From positions 32,001-96,000 of the IMG/VR virus record IMGVR_UViG_3300033997_000310: DNA of 64,000 nucleotides; one strand, 5' to 3'. Numbering within the stretch: the first letter of the stretch is position 1; every line of letters begins with the position of its first letter. The stretch comes from a virus. Below the pieces are notes generated by a model. That model made no database searches and was not told where the DNA came from. It worked only from the letters and a program-made list of their open reading frames with translations. The position numbers were made by a program, and so were the translations under genes. Below are positions 47,965 through 57,960 of the stretch, one piece after another.

Positions 47965-48467
47965 TTCCGTTCATTGCGCCACTGCTGGCCGGGCGCGGCC
48001 TAAAGCTGCTGCTGATCGGCGGCGCTGTCGCTGCCGTTGGCTTCGCCGGCTTCCTGGCATACCGCTACGTGGACGGCCTGACCGAAAAGGTCGCCATCCT
48101 GTCGGCCAACAACGCCAAGCTGGAACTGGCATTCCAAGAGGCACAGGCCCGTGGCGATGCGCTGCGGGACCATATCCAGCGCGTGGCCATCGAGGTGGAG
48201 GAAAACAACAAGCGCCTGTCCGATCTGGCGGTTGAAGCCGCCACCGCCCGCGCCGAAGCCAAGGCCACCGCCAACCTTTTCGCCAAGCACGACTTCAAGG
48301 GGCTCGTCAATGCCAAGCCGGAACTTCTGGAGAAGCGCATCAATGCTGGCACTGCTCGCGTGCAGCGCCTGCTCGAACAAGCCAGCACCGTTGGAGGTGA
48401 AGCTGGCTCCGGAGCCGCCGCCGGCCAAGGTGCAACTGGCGCTGCCTCCGGTTCCGGACCCCGTTGA
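47961..48467 (+). CDS. Rz-like inner-membrane spanin
   Basis: N-terminal transmembrane segment then coiled coil, KP.L.EKRIN.G. Confidence 0.8.
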   Translation: MIPFIAPLLAGRGLKLLLIGGAVAAVGFAGFLAYRYVDGLTEKVAILSANNAKLELAFQEAQARGDALRDHIQRVAIEVEENNKRLSDLAVEAATARAEAKATANLFAKHDFKGLVNAKPELLEKRINAGTARVQRLLEQASTVGGEAGSGAAAGQGATGAASGSGPR

Positions 48468-48639
48468 CCTGCCTGCCGTCAACTGGCGCGTGATTCAGAC
48501 ACCGGAAGGCAACATGATTGCCCTGGAGCCCAGCGCCTATGAGGCGCTGAGCCTGGGCTTAGCCGACGTTCTGCGGTGGATGCGGGAAGCACGATCGCAG
48601 ATCCTATACTATCGGCGCCTGGAACTCGAAGGCCAATAG
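48310..48639 (+). CDS. Rz1-like outer-membrane lipoprotein spanin
   Basis: Overlapping frame; lipobox-like LLAC/SAC; Pro-rich; ends I.YYR. Confidence 0.75.
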   Translation: MPSRNFWRSASMLALLACSACSNKPAPLEVKLAPEPPPAKVQLALPPVPDPVDLPAVNWRVIQTPEGNMIALEPSAYEALSLGLADVLRWMREARSQILYYRRLELEGQ

Positions 48640-49245
48640 CGTCGCTGCCGCCGAAACAGCGACCTTGGTCACCTTGTCGGCAACAATACCGGCTTTCTCC
48701 CACAGAGCGCTGCGCATTCTGTCAATCCTGCGTTCGACGTCGACCGGAAAGTCTAGAAACGCCCCATCTGAGGGGTTGTTGCCGCGCCCTACCGTTCTTG
48801 CCCTGGCCCTGGCCAGGAAATGCCTGTGGATTTCAGGGGTGACCACGGTGGCCTCCCCATACTCACGCTGCTCCCGCACAAACGCGATCATGCGTGCGGC
48901 GCCTTCTTTGCCAAGACGACCAAAAAGCGGATGCTGGCTCCAGGGCGACAGCTTGTCGTTCCACGATCGCTCGACATGCTTGGATGCGCGCTGTACACGC
49001 GTCTCGAAATCTGGGTCCGAAATAATGGTGGTTCCGATCGGCGGGATGTAATACTTGGCCCTCACCGAAGCCGACCCCATCACCGGGAACATCATCCTGC
49101 CTGCAATGCCGGTGATGTGACTTGGAATCCCACCATCTCTACTGTTCCAAACTATTTCCGCATCTCCGTCGTTGTTGGCATAGGGTATCAAGCAGTAAGC
49201 AAGATGATGACTGAATTCCTCTCTGTATTTTGCACTCAAGATCAA
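48604..49245 (-). CDS. hypothetical protein
   Basis: 213 aa ORF downstream of the integrase; start uncertain. Confidence 0.5.
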   Translation of the reverse strand: MILSAKYREEFSHHLAYCLIPYANNDGDAEIVWNSRDGGIPSHITGIAGRMMFPVMGSASVRAKYYIPPIGTTIISDPDFETRVQRASKHVERSWNDKLSPWSQHPLFGRLGKEGAARMIAFVREQREYGEATVVTPEIHRHFLARARARTVGRGNNPSDGAFLDFPVDVERRIDRMRSALWEKAGIVADKVTKVAVSAAATLLAFEFQAPIV

Positions 49246-49274
49246 GCCACAAGTTTGTTGCTCATTAATCTGTA

Positions 49275-50549
49275 TTACTTGATGGCGATTTTGACAATGG
49301 TACTGACTTGACCATCGAAGCCAAACTTTGGCGCGTGGTTTTCTACCATCTCATCTTTGTACGATTGCAGCAGATGGCCGTAGTGCTTCTCCACCATGCG
49401 GGTGTCCGTATGCCCAAGGTTCTGCGCCAGCACCAGCATCGGCATGCCGTTCATCAGGCTGAGGCTGGCATAGGTGTGTCGCAGCTCGTGGAAAGTGCAG
49501 CGCGGCTCGATCCGGCCATTCACGCATGCGGCTTCCACCCGGCGTGATTGGTGGTTTGGCCCCCACGGGTCGCCGTCCGGCCTGGGTAGCATCGGCGTCG
49601 TTTTATGTCGGCCGGCAACCTGTGCATCGAAGAACGCACGGCCTTCTGCTGTGAGGCTGATCCAGCGCGACTTGCCGTCTTTCGTGTCGCCAAAGAACAG
49701 CCGGCCCTGCTGATAATCGCCCACCCGCAACCGGCATAGCTCGCTGTATCGCGCGCCCGTGTGCAGGCCCGCAATGATCATGGGGCGGAAATCAGGATCG
49801 CAGGCATTCACCAGTCGGCGGGCCTCGTCCGGCTCCAGAAAACGGATGCGCGCGGCGTCGACGCCCTCAAACGGCTCGATGCGATCCCAGGCCGCGGTGC
49901 TGATGGCCTCGTTCTCGCGTGCGGCATGGTTCAGCAGCGCCTTCAACGTCGTCAGCACACCGTTCGCAGTGCTGCGCCGGGCCCTGATCTCGTCCTTCGT
50001 CTGCGGCGGCGGGGCAAATTTCTGCGCCTCACCCTTGCGCGTGCGCAGCCGGCGGCCGGAGCTGGCCACCTTGTTGAGCCATGTTCGGATCTGACGACTG
50101 GTCAGTTCGCGCACCACCAGCTTGCCCAGGTCGGGCAGGATGTGCGCGTCGATCGTTTTCTGGAACTGCTGCACCGACTTCCGCTGCGTGCGGAACCAGG
50201 CCATGTAGTCGTCCGCGGCCTCTTTCACAGTGAGGTCGGCCCGGCCCCGGCCGGCCAGCTCGTGCGCGCGGGCCTCGAACCAATCGCGCGCCGCGCCCTG
50301 CGCCTGCTGCCAGGACAGGACATGCACGCCGTCCGCGTCCAGCGTGTCGTCTGCGGCGCCAAGGCGGCGCTCCTCGTGCTTCTTGTCGCCCAGATACATG
50401 CGGGCGATCCAGGCCCCGCCGGTGGCCGTCTTGCGGTAGCCAATGCTCCGGCCATGCTCCAGGGTATGCCAGTAGGGTTTCTTCGAGGCGGAAAGCCGCT
50501 CACGGCCCTTGCGGGTCTCCAAGCGGCTGTCGCGGGTTAGCCGTGCCAT
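49275..50549 (-). CDS. int: tyrosine integrase
   Basis: TGAR.SEL, K, HELRHTYAS, LGH, HY; arm-binding-type N-terminus; AAGGAGG RBS. Confidence 0.95.
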   Translation of the reverse strand: MARLTRDSRLETRKGRERLSASKKPYWHTLEHGRSIGYRKTATGGAWIARMYLGDKKHEERRLGAADDTLDADGVHVLSWQQAQGAARDWFEARAHELAGRGRADLTVKEAADDYMAWFRTQRKSVQQFQKTIDAHILPDLGKLVVRELTSRQIRTWLNKVASSGRRLRTRKGEAQKFAPPPQTKDEIRARRSTANGVLTTLKALLNHAARENEAISTAAWDRIEPFEGVDAARIRFLEPDEARRLVNACDPDFRPMIIAGLHTGARYSELCRLRVGDYQQGRLFFGDTKDGKSRWISLTAEGRAFFDAQVAGRHKTTPMLPRPDGDPWGPNHQSRRVEAACVNGRIEPRCTFHELRHTYASLSLMNGMPMLVLAQNLGHTDTRMVEKHYGHLLQSYKDEMVENHAPKFGFDGQVSTIVKIAIK

Positions 50550-50597
50550 GGATCCTCCTTTTGAGGGTGACGGCCGCGTTTTGCGGCCCGGTGAAGG

Positions 50598-50852
50598 TCA
50601 GGTGCGGGCAATCATGCCAGCGAATGCCAGCGCCGCGGCCCGGCCCTGGATAACAATTACGTCCGAGTGAGCCGCCATCTGATCGACCACTCGGGCAGCG
50701 TGGAACTGCTTGCATTCGATCTGCACACCGCTGGGGAGCGCGAAATCAAGCTGGCCCGGCCGCTCGTTCCCCTTGCTATGGTGGCAATAGGGGATGCGTG
50801 CTGCATCAAGTGCCTCGGCGATGATGCGCTCTATGGGATCGGAAATTCTCAC
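50598..50852 (-). CDS. small PD-(D/E)XK-like protein
   Basis: LDF.L..V.IECK. Confidence 0.5.
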   Translation of the reverse strand: MRISDPIERIIAEALDAARIPYCHHSKGNERPGQLDFALPSGVQIECKQFHAARVVDQMAAHSDVIVIQGRAAALAFAGMIART

Positions 50853-51048
50853 GGACCAGCTTCCACAACATGGGTTGGGCGGAATGGCATGGTGATTCCA
50901 GTTGGACCAGGACTGAGCCAGTAGCCCTTGTCAGGGCCGGTCGGCACCCACATGCGCACCTCGTTCACGGCCATTCCGGACTGCGTGGTGCCGAACAGGT
51001 GACGGACGGCGCGGGGCGCGTGGTCGGTGTCTGTGATGGGGCGGATGG

Positions 51049-51534
51049 TCACCGCTTCCTCCACATGTCCTTGGCCTGGCGGTTCTGCCGGCGGATGTCG
51101 TGCTTGGAGAGCTTGGGGGCGCGATGCCGGGGATTCTGGGCCTGGGCGACCGCATCAGCAAGCTGGTTAAACTCGTCCACTGTCAGCGGTGTCGGTGGCT
51201 CACGGACTGACTCCATCCGCAGCACGACGTCTCCGGCTTCGTGGGCAACGGACAGGATGCGCATCGGCCCTTCGTCGTTGAACTGCAACACCGTTCCGGG
51301 TGCAGCATCCCCTCCGAATGGATCACCGGTCAGCCGGATGGTCTTGATGCCGGCAGCCTCGTCGCGACGGCGCTGGTGTTCTGCTTCGTCGGCATGCTGC
51401 ATGGCCTGGAGAGGCGGGCCCGCCATAGTCTGTCCTGCCAGCAACGCTTTCTGCGCTGGCGTCATCTCGGCCCACTGCTGGCGCAATCTGGCGGCCGTTT
51501 CTGTGATCAGGGCGTCGATTTTCTGGTCAATCAT
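51049..51534 (-). CDS. hypothetical protein
   Basis: Overlapping start/stop in the operon. Confidence 0.55.
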   Translation of the reverse strand: MIDQKIDALITETAARLRQQWAEMTPAQKALLAGQTMAGPPLQAMQHADEAEHQRRRDEAAGIKTIRLTGDPFGGDAAPGTVLQFNDEGPMRILSVAHEAGDVVLRMESVREPPTPLTVDEFNQLADAVAQAQNPRHRAPKLSKHDIRRQNRQAKDMWRKR

Positions 51535-52025
51535 TTCGACCCCAGCACGTCATGCACGATCTGTTCGATCGGCATCAGGTGTTCTTGGACGATATCCGCA
51601 ATGGCCCGGCCGTCCAGCGTGACCTTCTGCATCTGGTGCAGCAGCCCAGCCCGCACCGCGGCCCCGAAACACTCGCCGATCTGGTCCAGAGCCTTGCCGG
51701 CCGGCGTGTCGACCAGGGCGGGCTGTGCCGCCGGCGGGTCAATGGTATCTGCCAGGGTGCGCAAGAGCGACGCCATGGCCCGCATGTGCATGTCGCCGGG
51801 GTTGGACCGGTAGGCGGCGGCGAAGATGTGCCGGCCCATCAGCGCCTCAAGCTGGGCGCGCAGCAGCGGGGAATTCCAGCAGGACACCTCCTGGTCGTCG
51901 GCCACCCCGACCGCGTTGCAGCCGATCATGGTCTCCACAACCGACTTGGCGGCCTGGAAATCCGGGAAATGAAAGGTGGGTGTTTCCGGCTTGCTGATCG
52001 CGTTCACGTCGTTCCTCCGTCCCAA
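51531..52025 (-). CDS. hypothetical protein
   Basis: Operon position; start uncertain. Confidence 0.55.
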   Translation of the reverse strand: MGRRNDVNAISKPETPTFHFPDFQAAKSVVETMIGCNAVGVADDQEVSCWNSPLLRAQLEALMGRHIFAAAYRSNPGDMHMRAMASLLRTLADTIDPPAAQPALVDTPAGKALDQIGECFGAAVRAGLLHQMQKVTLDGRAIADIVQEHLMPIEQIVHDVLGSK

Positions 52026-52230
52026 TCAGATGCCCATCACGAGCAACATATTGATGTATATGAGTGATTTACATATTCTCATATGGAAAACGGAAATGCA
52101 AGGGAATAATGGGAAAAATCCATAAGAGGCGTTGATATGATGAGATTTCTGGAATTGGCCTTGTGGATCAACGATTGACAAATTATGAGTTTAATATAGA
52201 TTAACAGCGCCAAGTAACGACGAAGTAAAA

Positions 52231-52274
52231 CTCTCACGCTGAAAACGAGGATTCGAATTCCTCTGGGGTCGCCA
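52231..52274 (+). other. attP core: 3' half of a tRNA-Glu(CTC)-like gene
   Basis: CTCTCAC loop, GAGGA-TTCGAAT-TCCTC T-arm, GGGGTC-G-CCA end; flanked by the 13-bp direct repeat TCCGTCCCAATCA at 52016 and 52298 in an AT-rich gap. Confidence 0.75.
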
Positions 52275-52389
52275 ATACTTAGCTTGTTTTTGCTGAGTCC
52301 GTCCCAATCATTTCTCAATCATCTATGTTATAAGCGAATGGCGCGGACTATTGTGAAAAAATCCGTCCGCGCCATTAGCATTAAGGGCT

Positions 52390-52863
52390 TCAGGTTTTAG
52401 CTTGGTCCCGCACAGTCGCCCTAAACCAAGCCGTCACGCTCACATACCCGCAAACCTCCCGGCACGCAGCGGACCACACGCTTTTCCACCCCCGGTCTTG
52501 CTGCATCCTCACCGTCTCCCGGTGCAGCTCCGTGCCCTGCATGCGTTCCAGGAGGGCTTGTAGCCCAGCCGGGCCGGGCGTGATGGCCTCCAGCGCCGGG
52601 ACCGCATCCACGCGCTTCTGGCGCCTGCTTTTGGGCCTGCTGGACTTCGGACGGGCGCCGCTGGCCCCGATCATGCGCCGTATGTCGGACAGGGCATTCT
52701 TCACCCCGCGAAAGCTGTCCGACCCGCTGCTGGGCACGACGTAGAACTGCTCCTTGCCCTGGTGCGTGAAATAGATGCGCGGGTGGTTCTTGGACCGGAC
52801 GACGCGGCCCCGGATGCCGTGCCGCTCCAACTCGGCAAGCACGGCTTGGATTTGGTCGGTCAT
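52390..52863 (-). CDS. hypothetical protein (HicA-like N-terminus possible)
   Basis: H.R.......P.S.SD.R...N...D.RR pattern. Confidence 0.5.
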   Translation of the reverse strand: MTDQIQAVLAELERHGIRGRVVRSKNHPRIYFTHQGKEQFYVVPSSGSDSFRGVKNALSDIRRMIGASGARPKSSRPKSRRQKRVDAVPALEAITPGPAGLQALLERMQGTELHRETVRMQQDRGWKSVWSAACREVCGYVSVTAWFRATVRDQAKT

Positions 52864-52871
52864 GCTGCACC

Positions 52872-53396
52872 TCAGAACGGGATCAAGTCGTCGTCGATCG
52901 CATCGGTGGCCGGTGCGGGGCGCCCACCGCCACTCCCGCCGCCGCGCCCGCCTCTGTCGGCAGCATACCCACCACCGCTGCGTTGATTGCCGCCCCGCTG
53001 CCCGCCGCCATACCCCGCATCGCCCGGATCGTAGGCGTCACCGCCCTGGCTCTCGCGCCCGCCCAGCAGGAGGAGCTTGGCATCGAACTGCAGAACGACC
53101 TCTGTCGTGTACCGGTCCTGGCCCTGCTGGTCGGTCCACTTCCTCGTCTTCAGCTTGCCCTCGACCAGCAGCTTCGTGCCCTTTTTGACGAAGCGTTCGA
53201 TGACGCCCACCAGGCCCTCGTTCCAGACGACGACGTTATGCCAGTCGGTGGATTCCTTCTTTTCGCCGCTCCTGTCCTTCCACGTCTCCGTGGTGGCGAC
53301 GCTGAATGTGGCGACCTTCTGGCCGCCCTGGGTATTCCGGATTTCGGGATCCTTCCCGACATTTCCGATCAGGGTGACGCGATTGAGTGATGACAT
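52872..53396 (-). CDS. ssb: single-stranded DNA-binding protein
   Basis: LNRVTLIGN.GKDPE, WH.VV, EGKL.TRKW, acidic DDDLIPF tail. Confidence 0.97.
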   Translation of the reverse strand: MSSLNRVTLIGNVGKDPEIRNTQGGQKVATFSVATTETWKDRSGEKKESTDWHNVVVWNEGLVGVIERFVKKGTKLLVEGKLKTRKWTDQQGQDRYTTEVVLQFDAKLLLLGGRESQGGDAYDPGDAGYGGGQRGGNQRSGGGYAADRGGRGGGSGGGRPAPATDAIDDDLIPF

Positions 53397-53406
53397 GGTG
53401 TTCTCC

Positions 53407-53754
53407 TCAGTTGACGGTGGCAGCCTTCGCCTCTTGCGCCTCGCCAAGCGTGGGCAAGGGCAGGGCTGCAGTGCAGGTTTCGATGATGGCAGCCAGCAGA
53501 TCGTCACGATCCGCTTCGGGCTGTTCCAGCGCCTGACGGCAAACCTGGCGGATGGCGGCCAGGGACCGGAACATCTCGTTCGATCCGGCCATGAGTTGGG
53601 CCATCAGTTCGCCGTCAGGGACCATCGGCGCTATCTGGGCGACGACGGGCGCGTATTCGTGATCCATGCCCATCACGAACTTGCCCTTGGCCGCCATGTG
53701 CCCGTCTTTGGGCCTGCGCAGGGCATCGCGCCATTCGGTGGGGATCTTGGTCAC
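53407..53754 (-). CDS. hypothetical protein
   Basis: Operon position. Confidence 0.5.
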   Translation of the reverse strand: MTKIPTEWRDALRRPKDGHMAAKGKFVMGMDHEYAPVVAQIAPMVPDGELMAQLMAGSNEMFRSLAAIRQVCRQALEQPEADRDDLLAAIIETCTAALPLPTLGEAQEAKAATVN

Positions 53755-54908
53755 TGCTTACCCTCCAGGCGGTCGGCTTCGGCGCGGGCGAGCGTTACGG
53801 CAGCATGGCCAATGCCGTAGCGCGCCTCAATAGCATCAGCATGCGCTCGCAGCGCCTTCGCCCCGGCCTGCGCTTCGGTGAGCAGCGGGGCCGGTGGGGC
53901 GGCGGCAACGGCATCGGAATAAGCAATAGCCAGTGAATAGATACGCTCGACTTCCTGCCCGGCGACATCGCACCACTGAACGCCGCTTCCCGCCCATGCC
54001 GCTTCATTCATTTCATCGGTCAGCGTCTCCGGCAGCAACCTGTACCCCGCCGGCACGACCGCTACGGGCCTTTCCGCAATCTCTTGCCGCAATTGATGCA
54101 CTACCGTGATTGCATCCGCAGCGGCCTTTTCCAACCCGTGCGCATCCTGGTAATGGCCGCCGTCGCCGTGGATCACGGCCAGCAGGTTGCCGACGGACCG
54201 CGGCACGACCTCCACGGGCGCGGGCTGATCTTTGCGCTCAATTGCTATGTCGATTTCGTGGCCCAGCATGAACAGGCCAAGATCGTTCAGCGCATCAGCC
54301 GGCCCGGACGGTTTAAGCGTCATGCCATCGCTTTGCGTCCACTTCAGTCGCCGAAGAATTGACAGCAGCCGGTGAAGACGGGCCGCGTGGCTTGGGTCAA
54401 TGGAAGCCGGCTTGACCCGCACGGCCCCGGCAAGCGCCGCATCCCGTTCGGCTTGCATTCCCGCAAGAAGTGCCTGCCCACGACCGTGCGCTTGCAAAAG
54501 CGCCGCGTCCCGTTCGGCGGTTAGACTCTCGACCTGGGCGCGCAGGGTTCCCAGTATGTCCGCCAGTTTATCGCCGGCATCTCGTAACACTTCTATGTCC
54601 CCGGAGTCCCTGGCTCCATAGTCAGGTGAGTTTTTAGCGCCATACCAAAGTGCGATCATGTCTTCCGCCGCCCGCTCCACCAGAATATGGTCCGGCACCA
54701 TCTTCCCGGCGTCGGGAGAAAGGTCATTGACCGGCTCGAATCGCCCATCATCGAATTCACCTGCTGGCCGGACGAAAACCCGCCCTTCGGCGTCGTCATA
54801 GACCACGACGGCGGTCGCGGGGTAATCGGCCTCCATATGCCCGCGCGTGATGACGCGGTACAGGCCACCAGATTTCAGATGGCGATGGGTTGGCGCAAAA
54901 GTCAGCAT
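53751..54908 (-). CDS. DUF1653-like N-terminus plus modular blocks
   Basis: H.KSGGLY.V...VVY.....VFVRP..EF.DGRF. Confidence 0.7.
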   Translation of the reverse strand: MLTFAPTHRHLKSGGLYRVITRGHMEADYPATAVVVYDDAEGRVFVRPAGEFDDGRFEPVNDLSPDAGKMVPDHILVERAAEDMIALWYGAKNSPDYGARDSGDIEVLRDAGDKLADILGTLRAQVESLTAERDAALLQAHGRGQALLAGMQAERDAALAGAVRVKPASIDPSHAARLHRLLSILRRLKWTQSDGMTLKPSGPADALNDLGLFMLGHEIDIAIERKDQPAPVEVVPRSVGNLLAVIHGDGGHYQDAHGLEKAAADAITVVHQLRQEIAERPVAVVPAGYRLLPETLTDEMNEAAWAGSGVQWCDVAGQEVERIYSLAIAYSDAVAAAPPAPLLTEAQAGAKALRAHADAIEARYGIGHAAVTLARAEADRLEGKQ

Positions 54909-54952
54909 GATGGTCTCGCAGGTGAGGGGTGGTCAGGCGGGGCGAGCCATGA

Positions 54953-55894
54953 TCAGCGCGCGAACCGCGCTTCATCCTCTGGCTTTTTGATCGGCCAGTT
55001 GCTGCCCTGAAAAAAGTAGAGCCCGATGCGCTCAAAGCTGATGCCGAAGGCGCGGAATGGCACAACGGCGCGAAAGGATTCCCCGCCGCTTTTCCACTTC
55101 CACCGTACCCACAGTTCGGAGCCGTTGAGCGTGCCGCCGCTGGCCGGCGCCAGGAGTGTCGGCCTCCACAGCAGGCCACGGCGGATACGGTACTGCACGT
55201 CACTGATCTCCCGCCGGAACCAGCGCCATGCACGATGCCAGCGCGGCTCGTGGTGCAGCATGGTGGCTGCCCATATCTGCACCGCTTCGTAGGCCCACCG
55301 GCCCTTGGGCGGATAGGACTCGTCGATCATGCTGTACCACTCGTCGATATCATCGAACATGCGGGCCATCTTGTCCGGGCACAAGTCGCCATCTTCACGC
55401 AGGCCCTTGGCGGCCTTCATCTGCACGGCGCCGCTACGGTGGTTGCCACTGCCCCACTCGTATTTCTCGACCAGTGCCTTCCAGATAGGCAGGTCTTCGT
55501 CCTTATCGCGCCACTTCATTTCGTCATCGGCCTGAGACAGGATGCGCTTGACGGTCTTTTCGCGGTCGAACTCGCGGCTGAGGTTGGACTTCTCCATCAG
55601 GTAACAGAAGTCAGCTCGGTGCGCCCACAGGATGGCATGCCAGAGGGTGGGGCAGGCCTGATAGTGCCGGAACACCACCGTGTCGAAGCCGCCATGCACC
55701 ATGATGCAGCCGGGCGTGTAGGTGATGCGGAATCCATCGCGATGGCCGTTGTAGACGCGCCATGTTCCGGGCGCGACTTTCTGCATGGTGGCGTCGGCAT
55801 AAGAGGTGCGCGCCATCCTCGCGATATCCTGGTGATCCCCGTACTCGTTGATCGGCGGCATGATCGCCGGCCGCCGCCGGCGCAGCGCCATCAT
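54953..55894 (-). CDS. hypothetical protein
   Basis: 313 aa ORF; F.I...PG...V.G. Confidence 0.6.
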   Translation of the reverse strand: MMALRRRRPAIMPPINEYGDHQDIARMARTSYADATMQKVAPGTWRVYNGHRDGFRITYTPGCIMVHGGFDTVVFRHYQACPTLWHAILWAHRADFCYLMEKSNLSREFDREKTVKRILSQADDEMKWRDKDEDLPIWKALVEKYEWGSGNHRSGAVQMKAAKGLREDGDLCPDKMARMFDDIDEWYSMIDESYPPKGRWAYEAVQIWAATMLHHEPRWHRAWRWFRREISDVQYRIRRGLLWRPTLLAPASGGTLNGSELWVRWKWKSGGESFRAVVPFRAFGISFERIGLYFFQGSNWPIKKPEDEARFAR

Positions 55895-56298
55895 TGGTGG
55901 ATGTCCGGCGATTCCACGCCGGACAGGTTCTCGACCAACTGGCCGGTGTTGAACACGACCTGAACAGCTCGGTCGTCGTAGAGACGCAACATTGCTACGT
56001 CCTTCTGGTTGGTGACCGGCAGGCGGACGCCGAAATACTTCTCCGTCCAGTCCTGAATGATTCGCACCATGCGCTCGACGTCCTGGAGGATTTCGGCGCT
56101 TGGCAAGCCCATGGCCTTACTGCCGACGCCGCCATCGACGCGGGCCGTGAAGATGCGCACTTCCTGGCCATCGGCGATCCACTGGCGCACCCGGTCGGCC
56201 ATGGCCGGCACAGGCTCTCCGATGTGTTCCTCGCCTCGCCACACGTCATACTGTGCCAGCGTCCCGTCGAGATCGACGCCGATCCATCCGTTTTTCAT
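55891..56298 (-). CDS. HAD-family phosphatase (polynucleotide-kinase-like)
   Basis: VDLDGTLA, IFTAR, T..K, YDDRA. Confidence 0.8.
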   Translation of the reverse strand: MKNGWIGVDLDGTLAQYDVWRGEEHIGEPVPAMADRVRQWIADGQEVRIFTARVDGGVGSKAMGLPSAEILQDVERMVRIIQDWTEKYFGVRLPVTNQKDVAMLRLYDDRAVQVVFNTGQLVENLSGVESPDIHQ

Positions 56299-56350
56299 GT
56301 AATCCCCCGGTGGTGCCCGCCCAGCCGAAGCCGGGCGGGGGTGATGATGA

Positions 56351-57955
56351 TCAGAGATGTTCGGCCAGGGCGGCGCGGATGTCGGCCAGCGTCTGATGAC
56401 GCTTCATCTGGCCATTCTCGAATACGACCTCCAGCACGCCGGCGTTGGCCTGCTCGCGCGTCTGCCGATCCAGCAGATGGAAGCCGAAGCCGGTCTTCTC
56501 GACACGGATCAGGCCAGCGGCCGACTTCTTCACGCCACTGTCGGTCTTCGGGTCCTTCTGCAGGACGCGCTCCTCGCCGTTGACGACGCCATAGGTGGCC
56601 TTGATCGCCGTGCCGAAGGTATCGCGGGTGACGTACTGGTAGGTGTAACTGCCGATGCCCAGCACCACGTTCGTGCTGGCAAATCCCTTGGCGGCCAGGC
56701 GCTTCAAGATGCGCTCCGCCCGATCCAGGGTGATGCTGTCGCCGTAGATCAGGCCGACGTGGCTGTCCAACTGCCGGTGACCTGTGCTTGTCTCGGTGCC
56801 GCCGAACACGTCCCACAGGCACTGGATAGCGCCGCGCTGGGCCGGAGTTGGCTCCCATATCCGATGCGTCGAAATGCTGGGCCCGTGCGCGGCACCGGTG
56901 TTGTGGGCCTCGACTTTGTAGAAGTGGCCGTCCTGGTGGAACACATCCACCCCAGCCTGCAGCATGTCCATCAGGCTGACGAACTCGCTGCGATCCGGCA
57001 CGCCGCAGATGATGTCGACCGGGTCGCCGCTATCGGGCCGGAACACCACCTTGCCGTCGCGCGCCAGGATCTCATCCTTTAGCTTGACCGTGAACTCGGT
57101 CATCACCTTCCAGAAATCCCAGGTGTCGCTGACGATGCTGACGATACCGGACGGGTAGGTGTGGATCAGGCGGCGGAAGGTTTCGACTTCGTCATCATGC
57201 CCGCCCATGCACATGACGCTGTGCTCCGTGGCCGGCACGGACCCGCCGACGAAGGTCTCGGCGCCGCTGTAATATTCCTCCAGGAAGTCGATGGCGGGGA
57301 TGGTATCGGTTCCGGTGAAGCTCAGCAGGTGGGCCGCGCCGCTCGACATGGCGTCGTGAATGCCGCTCATGCCCCGGAAGCTGAAATCGTGGCCCTGCCA
57401 CAGCGCGAAGGCGGGATCACCGCCGGTCTCGACCGCCATGCGATGGAACAGCCGGCGATACTCAAAGGCGGTAGTCGCCGTCGTCATCGGCTTCCACAGT
57501 TCGGCGCTCAGTTGCGTCTCGACATAGTTTGTCAGCCACGCGAAATCTGGGTGTGTGTTCTCGATCGTGAACATGGGCACGCGGATGTCGACGCGACTGC
57601 CTTCCGGCACGGCCTTGATGCGCAGCGGCAGATAGCCCAGGTCATGCAGCGCCGCGATGTGATCCGCGCCGACCGCTCCGGCGCCCAGATAGCCGTCCAT
57701 GCGACGCGTGTAACGGGCGACGACCGTATCCCGAGACAAGCCGAAGAACGAGCGGTCCCAGGTGTCGATCAGGAGCCACTGACACACGGCCTGGAGACCG
57801 AAGAACACGACCTTGTGGTCGAAGTCAGACAGCATCTTGGCGTGCGCATCACCGCGGCACGTCCAGTTGCTGTAGACCAGTTGGGTGCCGGGCGGATACT
57901 GCTTGCGATGCCCGGTCTTATAGCCATCGGTGGCGTGGGGTGCGAAGATGTTCAT
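56351..57955 (-). CDS. nadV: nicotinamide phosphoribosyltransferase family (Namat-like)
   Basis: TDGYK.GH..QYP, HDFSFRG, PATEHSV, SIVSDTWD, RPDSGDP, IYGDSIT, KDPKTD. Confidence 0.93.
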   Translation of the reverse strand: MNIFAPHATDGYKTGHRKQYPPGTQLVYSNWTCRGDAHAKMLSDFDHKVVFFGLQAVCQWLLIDTWDRSFFGLSRDTVVARYTRRMDGYLGAGAVGADHIAALHDLGYLPLRIKAVPEGSRVDIRVPMFTIENTHPDFAWLTNYVETQLSAELWKPMTTATTAFEYRRLFHRMAVETGGDPAFALWQGHDFSFRGMSGIHDAMSSGAAHLLSFTGTDTIPAIDFLEEYYSGAETFVGGSVPATEHSVMCMGGHDDEVETFRRLIHTYPSGIVSIVSDTWDFWKVMTEFTVKLKDEILARDGKVVFRPDSGDPVDIICGVPDRSEFVSLMDMLQAGVDVFHQDGHFYKVEAHNTGAAHGPSISTHRIWEPTPAQRGAIQCLWDVFGGTETSTGHRQLDSHVGLIYGDSITLDRAERILKRLAAKGFASTNVVLGIGSYTYQYVTRDTFGTAIKATYGVVNGEERVLQKDPKTDSGVKKSAAGLIRVEKTGFGFHLLDRQTREQANAGVLEVVFENGQMKRHQTLADIRAALAEHL

Positions 57956-57960
57956 GGTGT

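Noticed and set aside
52231-52274. Functional tRNA gene
   Set aside because: The 5' half (acceptor strand and D-arm) is absent; treated as an attP core.
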